The notes beneath the pieces were generated by a model. The model saw nothing but the letters and a program-made list of their open reading frames with translations. It was not told the origin of the DNA and made no database searches. Shown here piece by piece: positions 53,658 to 64,000 of a DNA stretch of 64,000 nucleotides (positions are counted from its first letter, which is position 1; every line of letters begins with the position of its first letter). The stretch is from Hydrogenophaga intermedia (GTDB taxonomy: Bacteria; Pseudomonadota; Gammaproteobacteria; Ga0077536), in contig CALRPY020000008.1 in the NCBI GenBank assembly GCA_943370145.1, forward strand, positions 24,328 to 88,327. The letters are read 5' to 3'. Both the position numbers and the translations under genes were made by a program.

Positions 53658-54261
53658 TGCCTGTAGGTCCAGGACCCGGGATCGGGCTGTCGACCTGAGC
53701 AAGTTCGGGGCCGATCCCGCTTTTGATCGTGCGTTTCCGCGCAGGGGTGGTATCAATGGCCCAACATCGTCTGGCCAGATAACCATATTTGCTATTTATT
53801 TAAGTAAATATGAGAAATATGGCAAATATGACGAAACTGCGGCTTGCAACTGCTGACATGCCTGGGTGAACCCCTGGCGCCGAATGAGCCGTTACCGCGA
53901 ATCGGGCAACAGACCGGGCGACGCGACCTGGCAGGGTTGGCAAAGGACCGGCAGACCCTGGCTCGGCTACCCGGACAAGTTGGGAATCCGCTAGTGGCAG
54001 TGGCGCGAGGCCGGAATGTTGAACGGGTGGCCGGGGCGCCTTGCTTCCCTCACCCGGGCCCTCCAACGGCTGGCGTAACGCCTGCGGCGATGGTTCACCG
54101 CTGACGTGGCTTCACGGCCAAAGTAAGACATGCATCGAGGGTTCAATCCGCCCCGGAGCCCTGGATTGAATGACTGGACCCGCGCCGGCTGCGGCTCTCG
54201 TAATTCCCTTGCTGGACGGCCCTGGCGGCCGGACGGTGCTGAAGCAATCGGCAGTGGGCTG

Positions 54262-55158
54262 TCACCGGCGCGGAACCGCGCCAGCATCCTCCATGCTGAC
54301 CAGCGCAAGCGCGGCCCAGTCGAGATTCTCGTAACCGCGCGTCAGTGCTTTCAGGTAGTGGTCGCGCACGAGGCTGGCAATCGGCAGCGCGACTTCCTTG
54401 CCGTCCGCCGCGGCCAGCGCCAGCCGGATGTCTTTCAAACCCAGGCGGAGGGGAAAGCCCGGCGGTTCGAAGTTCCCGTTCGCGATGATGCCGCCGTAAA
54501 TCCTGTACGCAGGTACCGGGAAAATTGAACCCGTCAGGATTTCCAACAGCTGCGCGGGCGCCACGCCGTAGCGTCCGGAGAGCGCGAACGCCTCGCCCAG
54601 TGACTCGATCATCGAAGCCAGCATGAAATTGCCCGAGATCTTGATGACGTTCGCCCGCACGGGCTCGTCGCCGACGGTGAAGGTGCGCTGCCCGAGCGCC
54701 TCGAAGACTGGGGTGCAGCGGTCGAGCGCGTCGCTCGCGCCCGCGGCCACGATGAACAGTTGCTTCGCCGCCGCGGCCGGTGGCCGCCCGAACACGGGCG
54801 CCGACACGTAGCCGCGCCCGGCTTCGGCATGGGCATCGGTGAGCCGCTGGCCGAGTTCGGCGCTGATGGTTGCCATGCCGATGTGGACACCGTGCACCGG
54901 CATGGCGGCGATGAAGCCGGTATCGAGGACCAGTGCCGTGGTCGCGCGATCGTCGGCGAGCATCGTGACGACGAAATCCCGCGCCGCGGCTTCCTCGACG
55001 CTGCTCGCGACACGGGCGCCGGCCGCTTCGAGTTCGCGCGCGGGCCCTGGCGAACGGTTGAATACCGTCACTTCGAAGCCGGCCGCGAGGAGGTTTCGCA
55101 CCATGGGCACTCCCATCGCGCCGAGCCCGACGAATCCGATCGTGATTCCGTTATCCAT
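54262..55158 (-). CDS. NAD(P)-dependent 3-hydroxyisobutyrate/6-phosphogluconate dehydrogenase-like oxidoreductase
   Basis: 'IGFVGLGAMGVPMVRNLLAAGFEVTVFNRS' Rossmann N-terminus and the HIBADH-type 'NVIKISGNFMLASMIESLGEAF' region. Confidence 0.8.
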   Translation of the reverse strand: MDNGITIGFVGLGAMGVPMVRNLLAAGFEVTVFNRSPGPARELEAAGARVASSVEEAAARDFVVTMLADDRATTALVLDTGFIAAMPVHGVHIGMATISAELGQRLTDAHAEAGRGYVSAPVFGRPPAAAAKQLFIVAAGASDALDRCTPVFEALGQRTFTVGDEPVRANVIKISGNFMLASMIESLGEAFALSGRYGVAPAQLLEILTGSIFPVPAYRIYGGIIANGNFEPPGFPLRLGLKDIRLALAAADGKEVALPIASLVRDHYLKALTRGYENLDWAALALVSMEDAGAVPRR

Positions 55159-55176
55159 GGTCTCGTTTCCTTGCTG

Positions 55177-56520
55177 TCAAATCGCACAGGCCCGACTCAG
55201 TGTCGAGACATCGGCCAGTGTGTCGAGCCCGTCGGTGAGCTCCAGCAGGTGCTCGACCTGCCCGGCATGGAGCAGGCGGGCCGTCAGGCGCACGAACTTT
55301 TCGCGCAAGCGCGCACCCTGTGCGTCGAGGTCGGTCGCCGGCAGCGCGGCGTTGTGACTCGTCTCGTACACCTCGCCCTGACGCGTGCGGATGCTCATCT
55401 CGGCGCACCCCTGGCCGATGTGGCGATTGAAGCCGACGCGCACGCGCTCGCGCAGCGCGACGAGCGCCGCGTCATTGGCCTGCGCGTCGTTGAACGATGC
55501 GGGATCGGCGGTCTCGATGCCGGCCAGCGCCATTGCCGCGGTAAGGCGCAGGCTGAACTTCGCTTCGAGCCCGGATTGGGGCTCGGCGATGTTGCAGATC
55601 CGGTCGCAGTACGGATTCACGTGGACTTCGACCGAGTCCACGTCATCGGGGGTGAGCCGCGCGCGGGCCTGCAGCCGCCTCGCGCATTCGATGGTCGCGT
55701 GGGTCTCGTAACACGAGGCGTGGTACTTGAACAGGTTGTGCAGCACGTGCCATCCACCGGCCGGCGGCGCCAGCGCCGCGGTGGCATCGAAATTTTCGCC
55801 GTGCGTCGCGGCAAAGCCCTGCTCACATTCAAGGGCGTCCGGGCGACTGTCGAAGCCGCGCTTCGCGAGTGTCGCGGCGAGCAGCCCGCTGCGTGCGGCC
55901 ATGCCCGCGTGCAGTGGCTTGCAGGCGGTACCGAACATCGATTTGAGACCCGCCGCCTGCGTCGCCGCGATGCCGATCGCATGGCGCATCTGGATTTCGT
56001 TGGCGCCGAGCAGGCGCGCGCAGGCGACCGCCGCGCCGAAGGTGCCGAGCGTCGCAGTGGCGTGAAATCCCGCGGCGTAATGGCCAGGTGCGACCAGCAG
56101 GCCGATGCGGCATTCGGCTTCATAGCCGGCGAGGAAGGCGCTCATCAGCGCCTCGCCATCGACCGCGAGGTGCTCGCCGAGGGCCAGCACCGCCGGCAAC
56201 ACCGGCACGCTGGGATGGCCCATCAACGAAAAATTGACGTCGTCGTAATCGAGCACATGCGAGGCCATGCCGTTCAGCAGTGCCGCGCCCTGTCGCGATA
56301 GACGCAGCGCCGTGCCCAGGATCTGCGCTTGTGGCGCTGCGCCCTCTTCCAGCAGTTCGTCGCGCAACAGGTGCACGGCGGGATCCTGCATGCCGGCGAT
56401 GGTCACGCCGAGGTAGTCGAGCACGCATTGCCGGATCAGTTGCCGCACGCTGTCGGGCGCGTCCGCAAGCGACGTGTGCAGCGCGCGATGGGCGAGTTCG
56501 TAGGTGATGGCTTCCCGCAT
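55177..56520 (-). CDS. MmgE/PrpD-family protein (2-methylcitrate-dehydratase-like)
   Basis: 447 aa. 'VLDYLGVTIAG', 'NGMASHVLDYDDV' and 'GHPSVPVLPAVLA' are characteristic of the MmgE/PrpD fold. Confidence 0.8.
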   Translation of the reverse strand: MREAITYELAHRALHTSLADAPDSVRQLIRQCVLDYLGVTIAGMQDPAVHLLRDELLEEGAAPQAQILGTALRLSRQGAALLNGMASHVLDYDDVNFSLMGHPSVPVLPAVLALGEHLAVDGEALMSAFLAGYEAECRIGLLVAPGHYAAGFHATATLGTFGAAVACARLLGANEIQMRHAIGIAATQAAGLKSMFGTACKPLHAGMAARSGLLAATLAKRGFDSRPDALECEQGFAATHGENFDATAALAPPAGGWHVLHNLFKYHASCYETHATIECARRLQARARLTPDDVDSVEVHVNPYCDRICNIAEPQSGLEAKFSLRLTAAMALAGIETADPASFNDAQANDAALVALRERVRVGFNRHIGQGCAEMSIRTRQGEVYETSHNAALPATDLDAQGARLREKFVRLTARLLHAGQVEHLLELTDGLDTLADVSTLSRACAI

Positions 56521-56583
56521 GTGTGGTCCGAAAATTTCAGGAGTGATTGTTGGTTGCCGGGTGCCGCCGATGCGCGGTCGCGG

Positions 56584-57075
56584 TCAGCGTTCGAGCCCGA
56601 GTCGCTGATGCCATTCGGCTATCGATTCGCGCGGATATTCCTCGTACTGCTGGTCGCCAGCGTCCACGGCGGGCTGCACCCACGCGGCTTTCGAACCCAG
56701 CATCAGGTGCACGCGCTCCGGCGGCACGGGCAGCGGTGTGTCTATGGCCGACGCGAACGGATGGACAAGGTCAGGCCAGCGCGGGTCCCAGACCCACAGC
56801 GCGCTCCCGCAATGGCGGCAGAAACGACGTTCGGCCGGGCTTTCGACCCGCGCGCCGCTGTCCCCATCCGTCACGAGCGCACGATACACCTGGAGGTGCT
56901 CGGCTCCGTCGACCTGGAGACTCGCCGCGACACCGCCCAGGTTGATGCCATAACCCCCACTACCGGCCGTCTTGCGGCAGATCGAGCAGTAGCAGAGGTT
57001 GAAGGGATAGGGATGTGCCGAGTCGAGCGCGAAGCGCACGCGCTGGCAGTGGCAGGAACCCTCGAGGCGCAGCAT
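56584..57075 (-). CDS. GFA/CENP-V-family (glutathione-dependent formaldehyde-activating-like) zinc protein
   Basis: 'GSCHCQRVRF', 'CYCSICRK' and 'FCRHCGSAL' form the Cys clusters of the GFA family. Start at Met 57075, coupled (TGATG) to the upstream VOC gene. The longer ORF to 57495 overlaps that gene. Confidence 0.75.
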   Translation of the reverse strand: MLRLEGSCHCQRVRFALDSAHPYPFNLCYCSICRKTAGSGGYGINLGGVAASLQVDGAEHLQVYRALVTDGDSGARVESPAERRFCRHCGSALWVWDPRWPDLVHPFASAIDTPLPVPPERVHLMLGSKAAWVQPAVDAGDQQYEEYPRESIAEWHQRLGLER

Positions 57076-57488
57076 CAGCCGTCCTCGCTTGGGAAGTTCA
57101 GTTCGAGGGTGACGCCGTCCGGGTCCTTGATGAACAACTGCTGCAGCTTGAACTGCGGCACTTCCCGGTGACGATAGGCGACGCCCAGTTCGTCGAGCCG
57201 CGAGCGGAACTCGCGGAAGCCGTTGGCCTGGAACGCGATGTGGTCCAGCGCGCCGGTGTGCTCGTGCGGGGTGTGTTCGCGAGCGCCGAGGTAGTAGTCC
57301 TGGCCGGGCGAGGACTCGGCTTCGCCCAGGTGCACCCGCGGCTTGCCATCCAGGTAGAGCCAGTATCCCTTGAACGGGAACGGGGGGCGAACGCCGACCT
57401 CGAGGCCCAGTACGGTTTCGTAGAAGGCGCGCGAGGCCTCGAGGTCGCGGGCATGGACGAAGTAATGGTCGATCGCGGCGAGTGGCAT
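57075..57488 (-). CDS. Glyoxalase/bleomycin-resistance/VOC-family protein
   Basis: 'IDHYFVHARDLEASRAFYETVLGLEV' and 'GALDHIAFQA...LFIKDPDGVTLELNF' form a paired beta-alpha-beta-beta-beta VOC module. Start at MPLAAIDH. Confidence 0.75.
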   Translation of the reverse strand: MPLAAIDHYFVHARDLEASRAFYETVLGLEVGVRPPFPFKGYWLYLDGKPRVHLGEAESSPGQDYYLGAREHTPHEHTGALDHIAFQANGFREFRSRLDELGVAYRHREVPQFKLQQLFIKDPDGVTLELNFPSEDG

Positions 57489-57710
57489 CCGGCATTCCTC
57501 GAAGGCTGGGGACTCATAGGGTGCGAGCTTCGACCCGGCACCGCAAGGCATCCGCCTGCGTGCCAGGGTGCGAACCGTATCCACGCATATTTCATAACTG
57601 AGTAAATATGCGATCAAGAGCGAGCATATTTGCGCTCAAGCTCTGCCCTGGCGGCCAGCGTCGCCGCGGTTCGCGCCGAATCCCGCCGAATTCTCGACTT
57701 CTCGCCGCAC

Positions 57711-57725
57711 TGGCACGGTCGCTGC
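57711..57725 (+). promoter_or_regulatory. Candidate sigma-54 (-24/-12) promoter upstream of sbp
   Basis: TGGCACG-GTCG-CTGCT against consensus TGGCACG-N4-TTGCW. GG-to-GC spacing is correct. About 120 nt upstream of the sbp ATG and about 100 nt downstream of an AT-rich inverted repeat. Confidence 0.45.
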
Positions 57726-57844
57726 TCTGAAATCGCTGCGCTGCGCCACGCCGGCGGTGGCGCCCAGGCTCATGCGAGCGCGACGAGGACACGCCTTCGC
57801 GTCGACGCAAGAGAAGCAGTTTTTCCGAACCAGGAGCCCGCAAC

Positions 57845-58852
57845 ATGCTTTCGAGATTTTTCGCCCGCACCGCCCTTGCCCTTGCGCTGGCCTGCGCAAC
57901 GCTGACCGCGCAGGCGGACGCGACCCTGCTGAACGTGTCCTATGATCCGACCCGTGAGTTCTACCAGGAATTCAACGCGGCCTTCTCGCGCCACTGGCAG
58001 CAGGGCGGCGGCGAAGCGGTGAAGGTCAACCAGTCGCACGGCGGCTCGGGCAAACAGGCGCGCGCCGTCATCGATGGCCTGGAAGCCGACGTCGTGACGC
58101 TCGCCCTCGCCTTCGACATCGACGCGATCGCGGGGAGCGGGAGGTTGCTGGACGCCGACTGGCAGTCCCGCTTGCCCGACAACAGCACGCCGTATACCTC
58201 GACGATTGTCCTGCTCGTGCGCAAGAGCAACCCGCTCGGAATCAAGGACTGGGACGACCTGGTCCGCCCGGACGTCAGCGTGATTTCGCCCAACCCGAAG
58301 ACTTCCGGTGGTGCCCGCTGGAACTACCTTGCGGCATGGGCCTACGCGCGTGAGAAATACGGATCCGAGGAGCGGGCGCGCGAATTCGTGGGCAAATTGT
58401 TCAAGAACGTCGCGGTCCTGGATACCGGCGCACGGGGGGCGACGACGACCTTCGTCGAGCGCGGCATCGGCGACGTGCTAGTGGCCTGGGAGAACGAAGC
58501 CCTGCTCGTGCTTGCTGGCGCCACGGGCGGCGACTTCGAAATCGTGACACCTTCGGTCAGCATACTTGCAGAGCCCCCGGTCGCCGTGATCAGCGCGGTG
58601 GCTGAGCGTCGCGGCACCGTGAAGCTCGCGACGGCCTACCTCGAGTACCTGTACTCCGACGTAGGCCAGGAGCTCGCCGCCAAGCACCATTTCCGGCCAC
58701 GCAAGCCGGAGATCCTGGCGAAGTATGCGGATCGCTTCACCACGACGAAGCTGGTGACCGTGGACGAGGGCTTCGGCGGCTGGAAGAAGGCGCAGGCGAC
58801 GCATTTCGCGGACGGCGCGCTGTTCGACCAGATTTTCGCGCCTGCTCCTTGA
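57845..58852 (+). CDS. sbp: Sulfate/thiosulfate ABC transporter periplasmic binding protein
   Basis: Signal peptide, then '[19 protein letters not shown]...W', '[25 protein letters not shown]' and '[19 protein letters not shown]' are Sbp/CysP hallmarks. Confidence 0.9.
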   Translation: MLSRFFARTALALALACATLTAQADATLLNVSYDPTREFYQEFNAAFSRHWQQGGGEAVKVNQSHGGSGKQARAVIDGLEADVVTLALAFDIDAIAGSGRLLDADWQSRLPDNSTPYTSTIVLLVRKSNPLGIKDWDDLVRPDVSVISPNPKTSGGARWNYLAAWAYAREKYGSEERAREFVGKLFKNVAVLDTGARGATTTFVERGIGDVLVAWENEALLVLAGATGGDFEIVTPSVSILAEPPVAVISAVAERRGTVKLATAYLEYLYSDVGQELAAKHHFRPRKPEILAKYADRFTTTKLVTVDEGFGGWKKAQATHFADGALFDQIFAPAP

Positions 58853-58867
58853 GCCGGCGCCGACCTC

Positions 58868-59767
58868 ATGGACTTCGGAGTTTCTCCCGCCCTGCCACCG
58901 CTCAGCCGCGCCTGGTTCCGCGGCATCGCATGGCGCGGGCACCTGCGACGCTACAGCGTGGTGCCGGGATTCGGCCTCACGCTGGGCGTCAGCCTGTTGT
59001 ACCTGGGGCTCATCGTGCTGGTGCCCCTGTCGGCCACGGTCCTGAAGTCGGCGACGCTGGGGGGCGATGCGTTCTGGAGCGCGGTATCGGCGCCCCGCGT
59101 CCTGGCGGCATTTCGCGTCAGCATCCTGTGTGCGCTGGCGGCGGCGCTCGCCAACATGGTGACCGGGTTGCTGCTCGCGTGGGTGCTGACGCGTTACCGC
59201 TTTCCGGGGCGCCGGCTGTGCGACGCGGTCATCGATCTTCCTTTCGCGCTGCCGACCGCGGTGGCCGGGATAGCGCTCACCGCGCTCTATGCGCCCAAGG
59301 GCTGGATCGGCCAGCATCTGGCGATACTCGACCTGAAGGTCGCGTTCACCCCGCTCGGCATCGTCGTCGCCCTGCTTTTCATCGGGATTCCTTTCGTCGT
59401 GCGCACCGTGCAACCGGTGCTGGAGAGCCTGGACCCGGGCTTTGAAGAAGCGGCGGCGACGCTCGGTGCGAGCCGCTGGCAGACTTTCACCCGGGTACTG
59501 TTGCCGGCCTTGCTGCCGGCGCTGCTGACGGGCTTCACGCTCGCGTTCGCGCGAGGTCTCGGCGAGTACGGCTCCGTGATATTCATCGCGGGCAACATGC
59601 CGATGAAATCCGAAATCGTGCCCCTGCTCATCGTCACCAAGCTCGAGCAGTACGACTATGCCGGCGCGACTGCGATCGCGGTAGCGATGCTCGCGCTGTC
59701 CTTCGTGCTGCTGCTCGCGATAAATGCGCTACAGGCCTGGACCCGGCGCGCGGAGCAGTGTCGATGA
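58868..59767 (+). CDS. cysT: Sulfate ABC transporter permease CysT(U)
   Basis: Six TM segments. EAA-type loop '[22 protein letters not shown]'. Position directly after sbp. Confidence 0.85.
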   Translation: MDFGVSPALPPLSRAWFRGIAWRGHLRRYSVVPGFGLTLGVSLLYLGLIVLVPLSATVLKSATLGGDAFWSAVSAPRVLAAFRVSILCALAAALANMVTGLLLAWVLTRYRFPGRRLCDAVIDLPFALPTAVAGIALTALYAPKGWIGQHLAILDLKVAFTPLGIVVALLFIGIPFVVRTVQPVLESLDPGFEEAAATLGASRWQTFTRVLLPALLPALLTGFTLAFARGLGEYGSVIFIAGNMPMKSEIVPLLIVTKLEQYDYAGATAIAVAMLALSFVLLLAINALQAWTRRAEQCR

Positions 59768-60620
59768 ATGCGCCGCAATCTTCCGTCGTCGCGGAACCGG
59801 TGTGGGTCCGGCGATTGCTGATCGGCGTGGCGATCGCCTTCATCGCCGTCGCGATCGTGTTGCCGCTGGTGCTGGTACTCAGCGAAGCGCTCGCACAGGG
59901 TTTCACGACCTACTGGGCAGCGCTTGCCGAGCCCGACGCGCAGGCCGCGTTGCGGCTCACGTTGACCGCCGCCGCCATCGCCGTGCCGGCGAACCTCGTG
60001 TTTGGCGTGTGCGCGGCCTGGGCAATCGCCAAGTTCGAGTTCAAGGGCAAGCAACTGCTGCTGACGCTCATAGATTTGCCGTTCGCGGTCTCGCCGGTCA
60101 TCGCCGGCCTCATCTATGTGTTGCTGTTCGGCCTGCACGGCTGGTTCGGCCCCTGGCTGGCCGCGCAGGACCTGAAGATCATCTTTGCGGTGCCGGGCAT
60201 CGTGCTCGCGACGATTTTCGTGACCTTTCCGTTCGTCGCGCGCGAGTTGATCCCGGTGATGCAGGAACAGGGTACCGACGAAGAAGAAGCGGCGGCGACC
60301 CTCGGCGCGAACGGATGGCAGACCTTCGTGCGCGTCACGCTTCCGAACATCAAGTGGCCGCTCCTGTACGGCGTGGTGCTCTGCAACGCGCGGGCGATGG
60401 GCGAGTTCGGTGCCGTCTCCGTGGTGAGCGGACACATCCGGGGTCTCACCAACACGTTGCCGCTGCACGTGGAGATTCTCTGCAACGAATACAACTCGGT
60501 TGCGGCATTCGCCGTCGCATCGCTGCTGATGCTGCTCGCGCTGATAAGCCTGTTCCTCAAGACAATCATTGAATCACGCGCGGCACGCGCTTCAGCCGTC
60601 CCCGTAATGGAGAGCAGACC

Positions 60621-60624
<4 letters not shown>
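59758..60624 (+). CDS. cysW: Sulfate ABC transporter permease CysW
   Basis: '[26 protein letters not shown]' EAA loop. Overlaps cysT by 10 nt and cysA by 4 nt. Confidence 0.85.
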
Positions 60625-61646
<1,022 letters not shown>

Positions 61647-61748
61647 CCGGGTGGGAACGGATCACCCGCCCGCGGAGTCGGTGAGTGTGGCCGCCGGCCG
61701 GTTGGCGGCGTGCGATCCGCGCCAGCGTGGCGGGAACATCGGCTGTCG

Positions 61749-62546
61749 TCAGGTGGCGGCGCGGAAGAGTTCGAAGAAATTGCGCGTGGTCGCCGCTGCC
61801 AGGGTGGCGTAATCCTCACCGCGCAGCGTAGCCAGGAATTCCGCCGTGTGCCGCACATAGGCCGGCTCGTTCGGTTTGCCGCGGCGAGGCACCGGCGCGA
61901 GCCAGGGCGCATCGGTTTCGACGAGCAGGCGCGCGAGAGGGACCTGCCTGGCGACTTCCTGCAGATCGGTGGCGTTGCGGAAAGTCACGATGCCCGAAAA
62001 GGAAATGTAGAAGCCGAGTTCCATCGCCGCGGCCGCGGTGGCCCAGTCTTCGACGAAACAGTGCATCACGCCGCCCACGCGCTCTGCGCCCTCTTCCCGC
62101 AGGAGTCGGATGGTGTCGGCCGCGGCGTCGCGCGTGTGGACGATGAGGGGTTTGCCCGCCGCGATGGCGGCCTGGATCTGCAGCCTGAACCGGGCGTGCT
62201 GCAGCGAGGTGTCGCCTTTCTGATGGTAGTAGTCGAGGCCGGTCTCGCCAATCGCGACGACGCGCGGGTCAGCCGCGAGTTCGCACATTTCCTCGAGGCT
62301 CGTGTCGCGGGCTTCGTGCTCGCCGTTCGGATGAATCCCGACGGAGGCGAACACGTTGGAGAATTGGCGCGCGAGCGCAATGACGCCGGGGTATGTTTCG
62401 AGATCGACGGCCACGCACAGCACGTGGCTGACGCCGACCTCGGCCGCCGCCGCGAGATATTCAGCGGTGCCGCGTTCGCCCCCGAGCAGGGGCAGATGGC
62501 AATGAGAGTCAATCAGCGCGGGTGCCGGGGCAGTGATGGACGTCAT
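61749..62546 (-). CDS. tatD: TatD-family metal-dependent hydrolase/DNase
   Basis: 'LIDSHCHL', 'VGIHP', 'AIGETGLDY', 'PLIVHTRDA', 'GVMHCF', 'LLVETDAPWL'. Confidence 0.9.
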   Translation of the reverse strand: MTSITAPAPALIDSHCHLPLLGGERGTAEYLAAAAEVGVSHVLCVAVDLETYPGVIALARQFSNVFASVGIHPNGEHEARDTSLEEMCELAADPRVVAIGETGLDYYHQKGDTSLQHARFRLQIQAAIAAGKPLIVHTRDAAADTIRLLREEGAERVGGVMHCFVEDWATAAAAMELGFYISFSGIVTFRNATDLQEVARQVPLARLLVETDAPWLAPVPRRGKPNEPAYVRHTAEFLATLRGEDYATLAAATTRNFFELFRAAT

Positions 62547-62587
62547 CGGGAATCCTCGAGCGCACCGCGCGGGCGGCGGCTGCGGCC

Positions 62588-62947
62588 TTACATCGTATGG
62601 GTCTGGCGGTCGGACTTCAGGGCGCCGGCAAGCTGGGTTTCGATCTTGTTGCGGGTGGCGCCGTTGTCCAGTTCGCTGAACTGCACGCCGATGCCGGCCG
62701 GCCGGTTACCCTGCGCCCCCACCGGCGTGATCCACACCACGCGCCCCGCCACCGGCAGCTTTTCCTTGCTGTCGGTCAGCGTCAGCAGCATGAAGACTTC
62801 GTCACCGATCTTGTAGGTGCGGGTGGTCGGGATGAACAGGCCACCATTCTTGATGAACGGCATATAGGCGGCATACAGGGAACTCTTGTCGCGAATGGTC
62901 AGCGACAGGATGCCTTGTCTGGGATTGCTTCCGCTTGCAGCCAACAC
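62588..62947 (-). CDS. pilZ: Type IV pilus assembly protein PilZ (single-domain PilZ)
   Basis: 'GILSLTIRDKSSLYAAYMPFIKNGGLFIPT...GDEVFMLLTL...VAGRVVWITP...GIGVQF' is very close to the Pseudomonas-type PilZ. Start set at GTG 62947 (or TTG 62944) after GGAGA. The track ORF start at 63055 would overlap holB. holB-pilZ-tatD synteny. Confidence 0.85.
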   Translation of the reverse strand: MLAASGSNPRQGILSLTIRDKSSLYAAYMPFIKNGGLFIPTTRTYKIGDEVFMLLTLTDSKEKLPVAGRVVWITPVGAQGNRPAGIGVQFSELDNGATRNKIETQLAGALKSDRQTHTM

Positions 62948-62972
62948 CGTTCTCCAGGGTTTGCGCCGTTCG

Positions 62973-63995
62973 TCAGCGCGCCGCGGTCCGGCGCTTGCCG
63001 ACCACGCAACAGGACTGCCAGTCGAACCAGAGGGATTCCGCGAGATCGAGTTCACGCAGTGTCACCGGCCCGAGCTTCAAGCGTTTGACCTCAAGGGCTT
63101 TTTGCATGAAGACGCTGACGCCGTGCGAGTGTAGAGCATCCGCCAGCCTAAGCAAACCGGCCTCCGGCTCGCGGCCCAGTGATGCTAGCGGCAGGGCTGC
63201 GCCGCTCTTCAGCAGGAGAAGTTCATGACAGATGCGGAGCATCTGGTCGACCAGCAGTGTCAGCGGCAGCGCGGCGAACTGGGCAGCGGCCGCGAGCGGT
63301 TGCAGCTTGCCGATTGCGACATTGCCCATCCCGGCGACCAGACCATCGATTGCCGTCGCGAGGCCCTGCCCGGCGAGGGCGCGAGCCGCGAGTGGGCTCC
63401 CGGCCGCGCGCGCGAGGTTCTCGATCTCGCTGCGCACATCGCCCGCACCGTCCTGGGCGCACAGCCACTCGAGGATGAGCGCCGGGTCTCCCTGGTCCAG
63501 CGCGAATTGCTGGCAGCGGCTCCGGATCGTCGGCAGCAGTTGGGATGGCCGGTCGGCCACGAGCATGATCAGGGCACCGAGGGGGGGCTCCTCCAGCAAC
63601 TTCAGCAATGCATTGGCCGCCGGCCGGTTCATGCTGTCCGCCGCTTCGAGAATCGCGATCTTCGCCGTGCCGTAATGGGGCCGCAGCGCAAAGTAGTCGC
63701 CGAGTTCCCGCACCTGGTCTATGCCGAGTGCCTTGCCCTCCTCCAGGGGCTTAACCAGCGCGAAATCCGGATGACTCCCGGCCGCGAGCAGCGCGCAGGC
63801 GCGGCATGTGCCACAGGCGACCGTGGGATCGCCCGTCGCTTCGCACAGCATGAGCCGGCCGAAAGCGGTCGCGAACTGTCGCTTGCCGAAACCGGCCCGG
63901 CCATGCAGCAACAGGGCGTGACCGAGGCGTCCGTGACGCCGCGCCGTGGACAGGCGCTCCCAGGTGGCGGAGAGCCAGGGAAACGGCGCGCTCAC
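62973..63995 (-). CDS. holB: DNA polymerase III delta' subunit
   Basis: 'PWLSATWERL...GRLGHALLLHGRAGFGKRQFA', a Cys cluster 'CGTCRAC', 'HPDF', and 'LLKLLEEPP' clamp-loader motifs. Confidence 0.9.
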   Translation of the reverse strand: MSAPFPWLSATWERLSTARRHGRLGHALLLHGRAGFGKRQFATAFGRLMLCEATGDPTVACGTCRACALLAAGSHPDFALVKPLEEGKALGIDQVRELGDYFALRPHYGTAKIAILEAADSMNRPAANALLKLLEEPPLGALIMLVADRPSQLLPTIRSRCQQFALDQGDPALILEWLCAQDGAGDVRSEIENLARAAGSPLAARALAGQGLATAIDGLVAGMGNVAIGKLQPLAAAAQFAALPLTLLVDQMLRICHELLLLKSGAALPLASLGREPEAGLLRLADALHSHGVSVFMQKALEVKRLKLGPVTLRELDLAESLWFDWQSCCVVGKRRTAAR

Positions 63996-64000
63996 CGCGC

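Noticed and set aside
52065-53786. The sigma54 activator as the PEP-CTERM-box response regulator PrsR.
   Set aside because: The N-terminal domain looks like a GAF sensor, not a CheY-like receiver (no DD...D...K pocket). No PrsK histidine kinase is adjacent, and the gene lies 8 kb from the EPS locus among sulfur and organic-acid genes.
54139-54172. tRNA-like 'GGTTCAATCC' T-loop motif in the spacer downstream of the HIBADH-like gene.
   Set aside because: No acceptor, D or anticodon arms can be drawn. The motif instead pairs with GGATTGAA 14 nt downstream (a simple 8-bp hairpin, 54142-54170) with no U-tract. It is not a tRNA, and it is too weak to call a terminator.
56584-57495. 303-aa version of the GFA-family ORF, and the 180-aa version (to 57617) of the VOC ORF.
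   Set aside because: The N-terminal extensions are Arg/Pro-rich and overlap the neighbouring genuine gene or the AT-rich promoter region. Internal Met starts give proteins of canonical length, with a TGATG coupling between the two genes.
62948-63055. Upstream extension of pilZ to the ATG at 63055.
   Set aside because: It would overlap the 3' end of holB by about 80 nt and add about 36 non-conserved residues. GTG 62947 or TTG 62944, preceded by GGAGA, gives a protein of about 118-119 aa, matching the size I recall for Pseudomonas-type PilZ.

Overview
High-GC (by eye above 60-65%) proteobacterial chromosomal segment. The gene content (XrtA/PEP-CTERM locus, holB-pilZ-tatD synteny, Ton-type cluster) suggests a beta- or gammaproteobacterium, but the taxon cannot be verified here. 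All calls come from reading the ORF translations and the DNA; no searches were run.

Layout:
- (1) 1-10.9 kb: one plus-strand operon. It holds a 5'-truncated giant FhaB-like beta-helical exoprotein, a DUF2341/LamG-ExbB fusion, ExbD, TonB, a porin-like OMP and a secreted coiled-coil protein. No TonB-dependent receptor is present. This is the best candidate for an uncharacterised system.
- (2) 11-12.3 kb: two small hypothetical genes.
- (3) 12.4-43.7 kb: an exosortase A (XrtA)/PEP-CTERM exopolysaccharide locus.
  - Core genes: manC, export and chain-length genes, wecB, glycosyltransferases, flippase, polymerase-like protein, an XrtA-EpsI fusion, a WecA-like initiating transferase, gmd, fcl, a PrsT-like TPR lipoprotein, a PEP-CTERM substrate and an OMP.
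  - Interruptions: REP/BIME-like repeat arrays; a small TA islet (MNT, a possible truncated partner, low-GC hicAB); and a roughly 10.5-kb low-GC glycosyltransferase cassette.
  - The cassette's left edge lies inside wecB. It contains a split glycosyltransferase pseudogene with a nested high-GC GT gene, and a secreted protein carrying GH56 (hyaluronidase)-like motifs.
- (4) 43.9-49.7 kb: can, lrp, an orphan aceE, a second PEP-CTERM protein and a PNPOx-like gene.
- (5) 49.8-61.6 kb: a sulfur-related neighbourhood.
  - Genes: SorAB-like sulfite dehydrogenase, a GAF-sigma54 activator, a VOC-GFA-PrpD-HIBADH operon and sbp-cysTWA.
  - sbp is preceded by a well-spaced sigma54 -24/-12 match, and an AT-rich CATATTTGC motif is shared with the activator's own upstream region.
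- (6) 61.7-64 kb: tatD-pilZ-holB.

Many long antisense or overlapping ORFs in the track are high-GC artefacts and were rejected.
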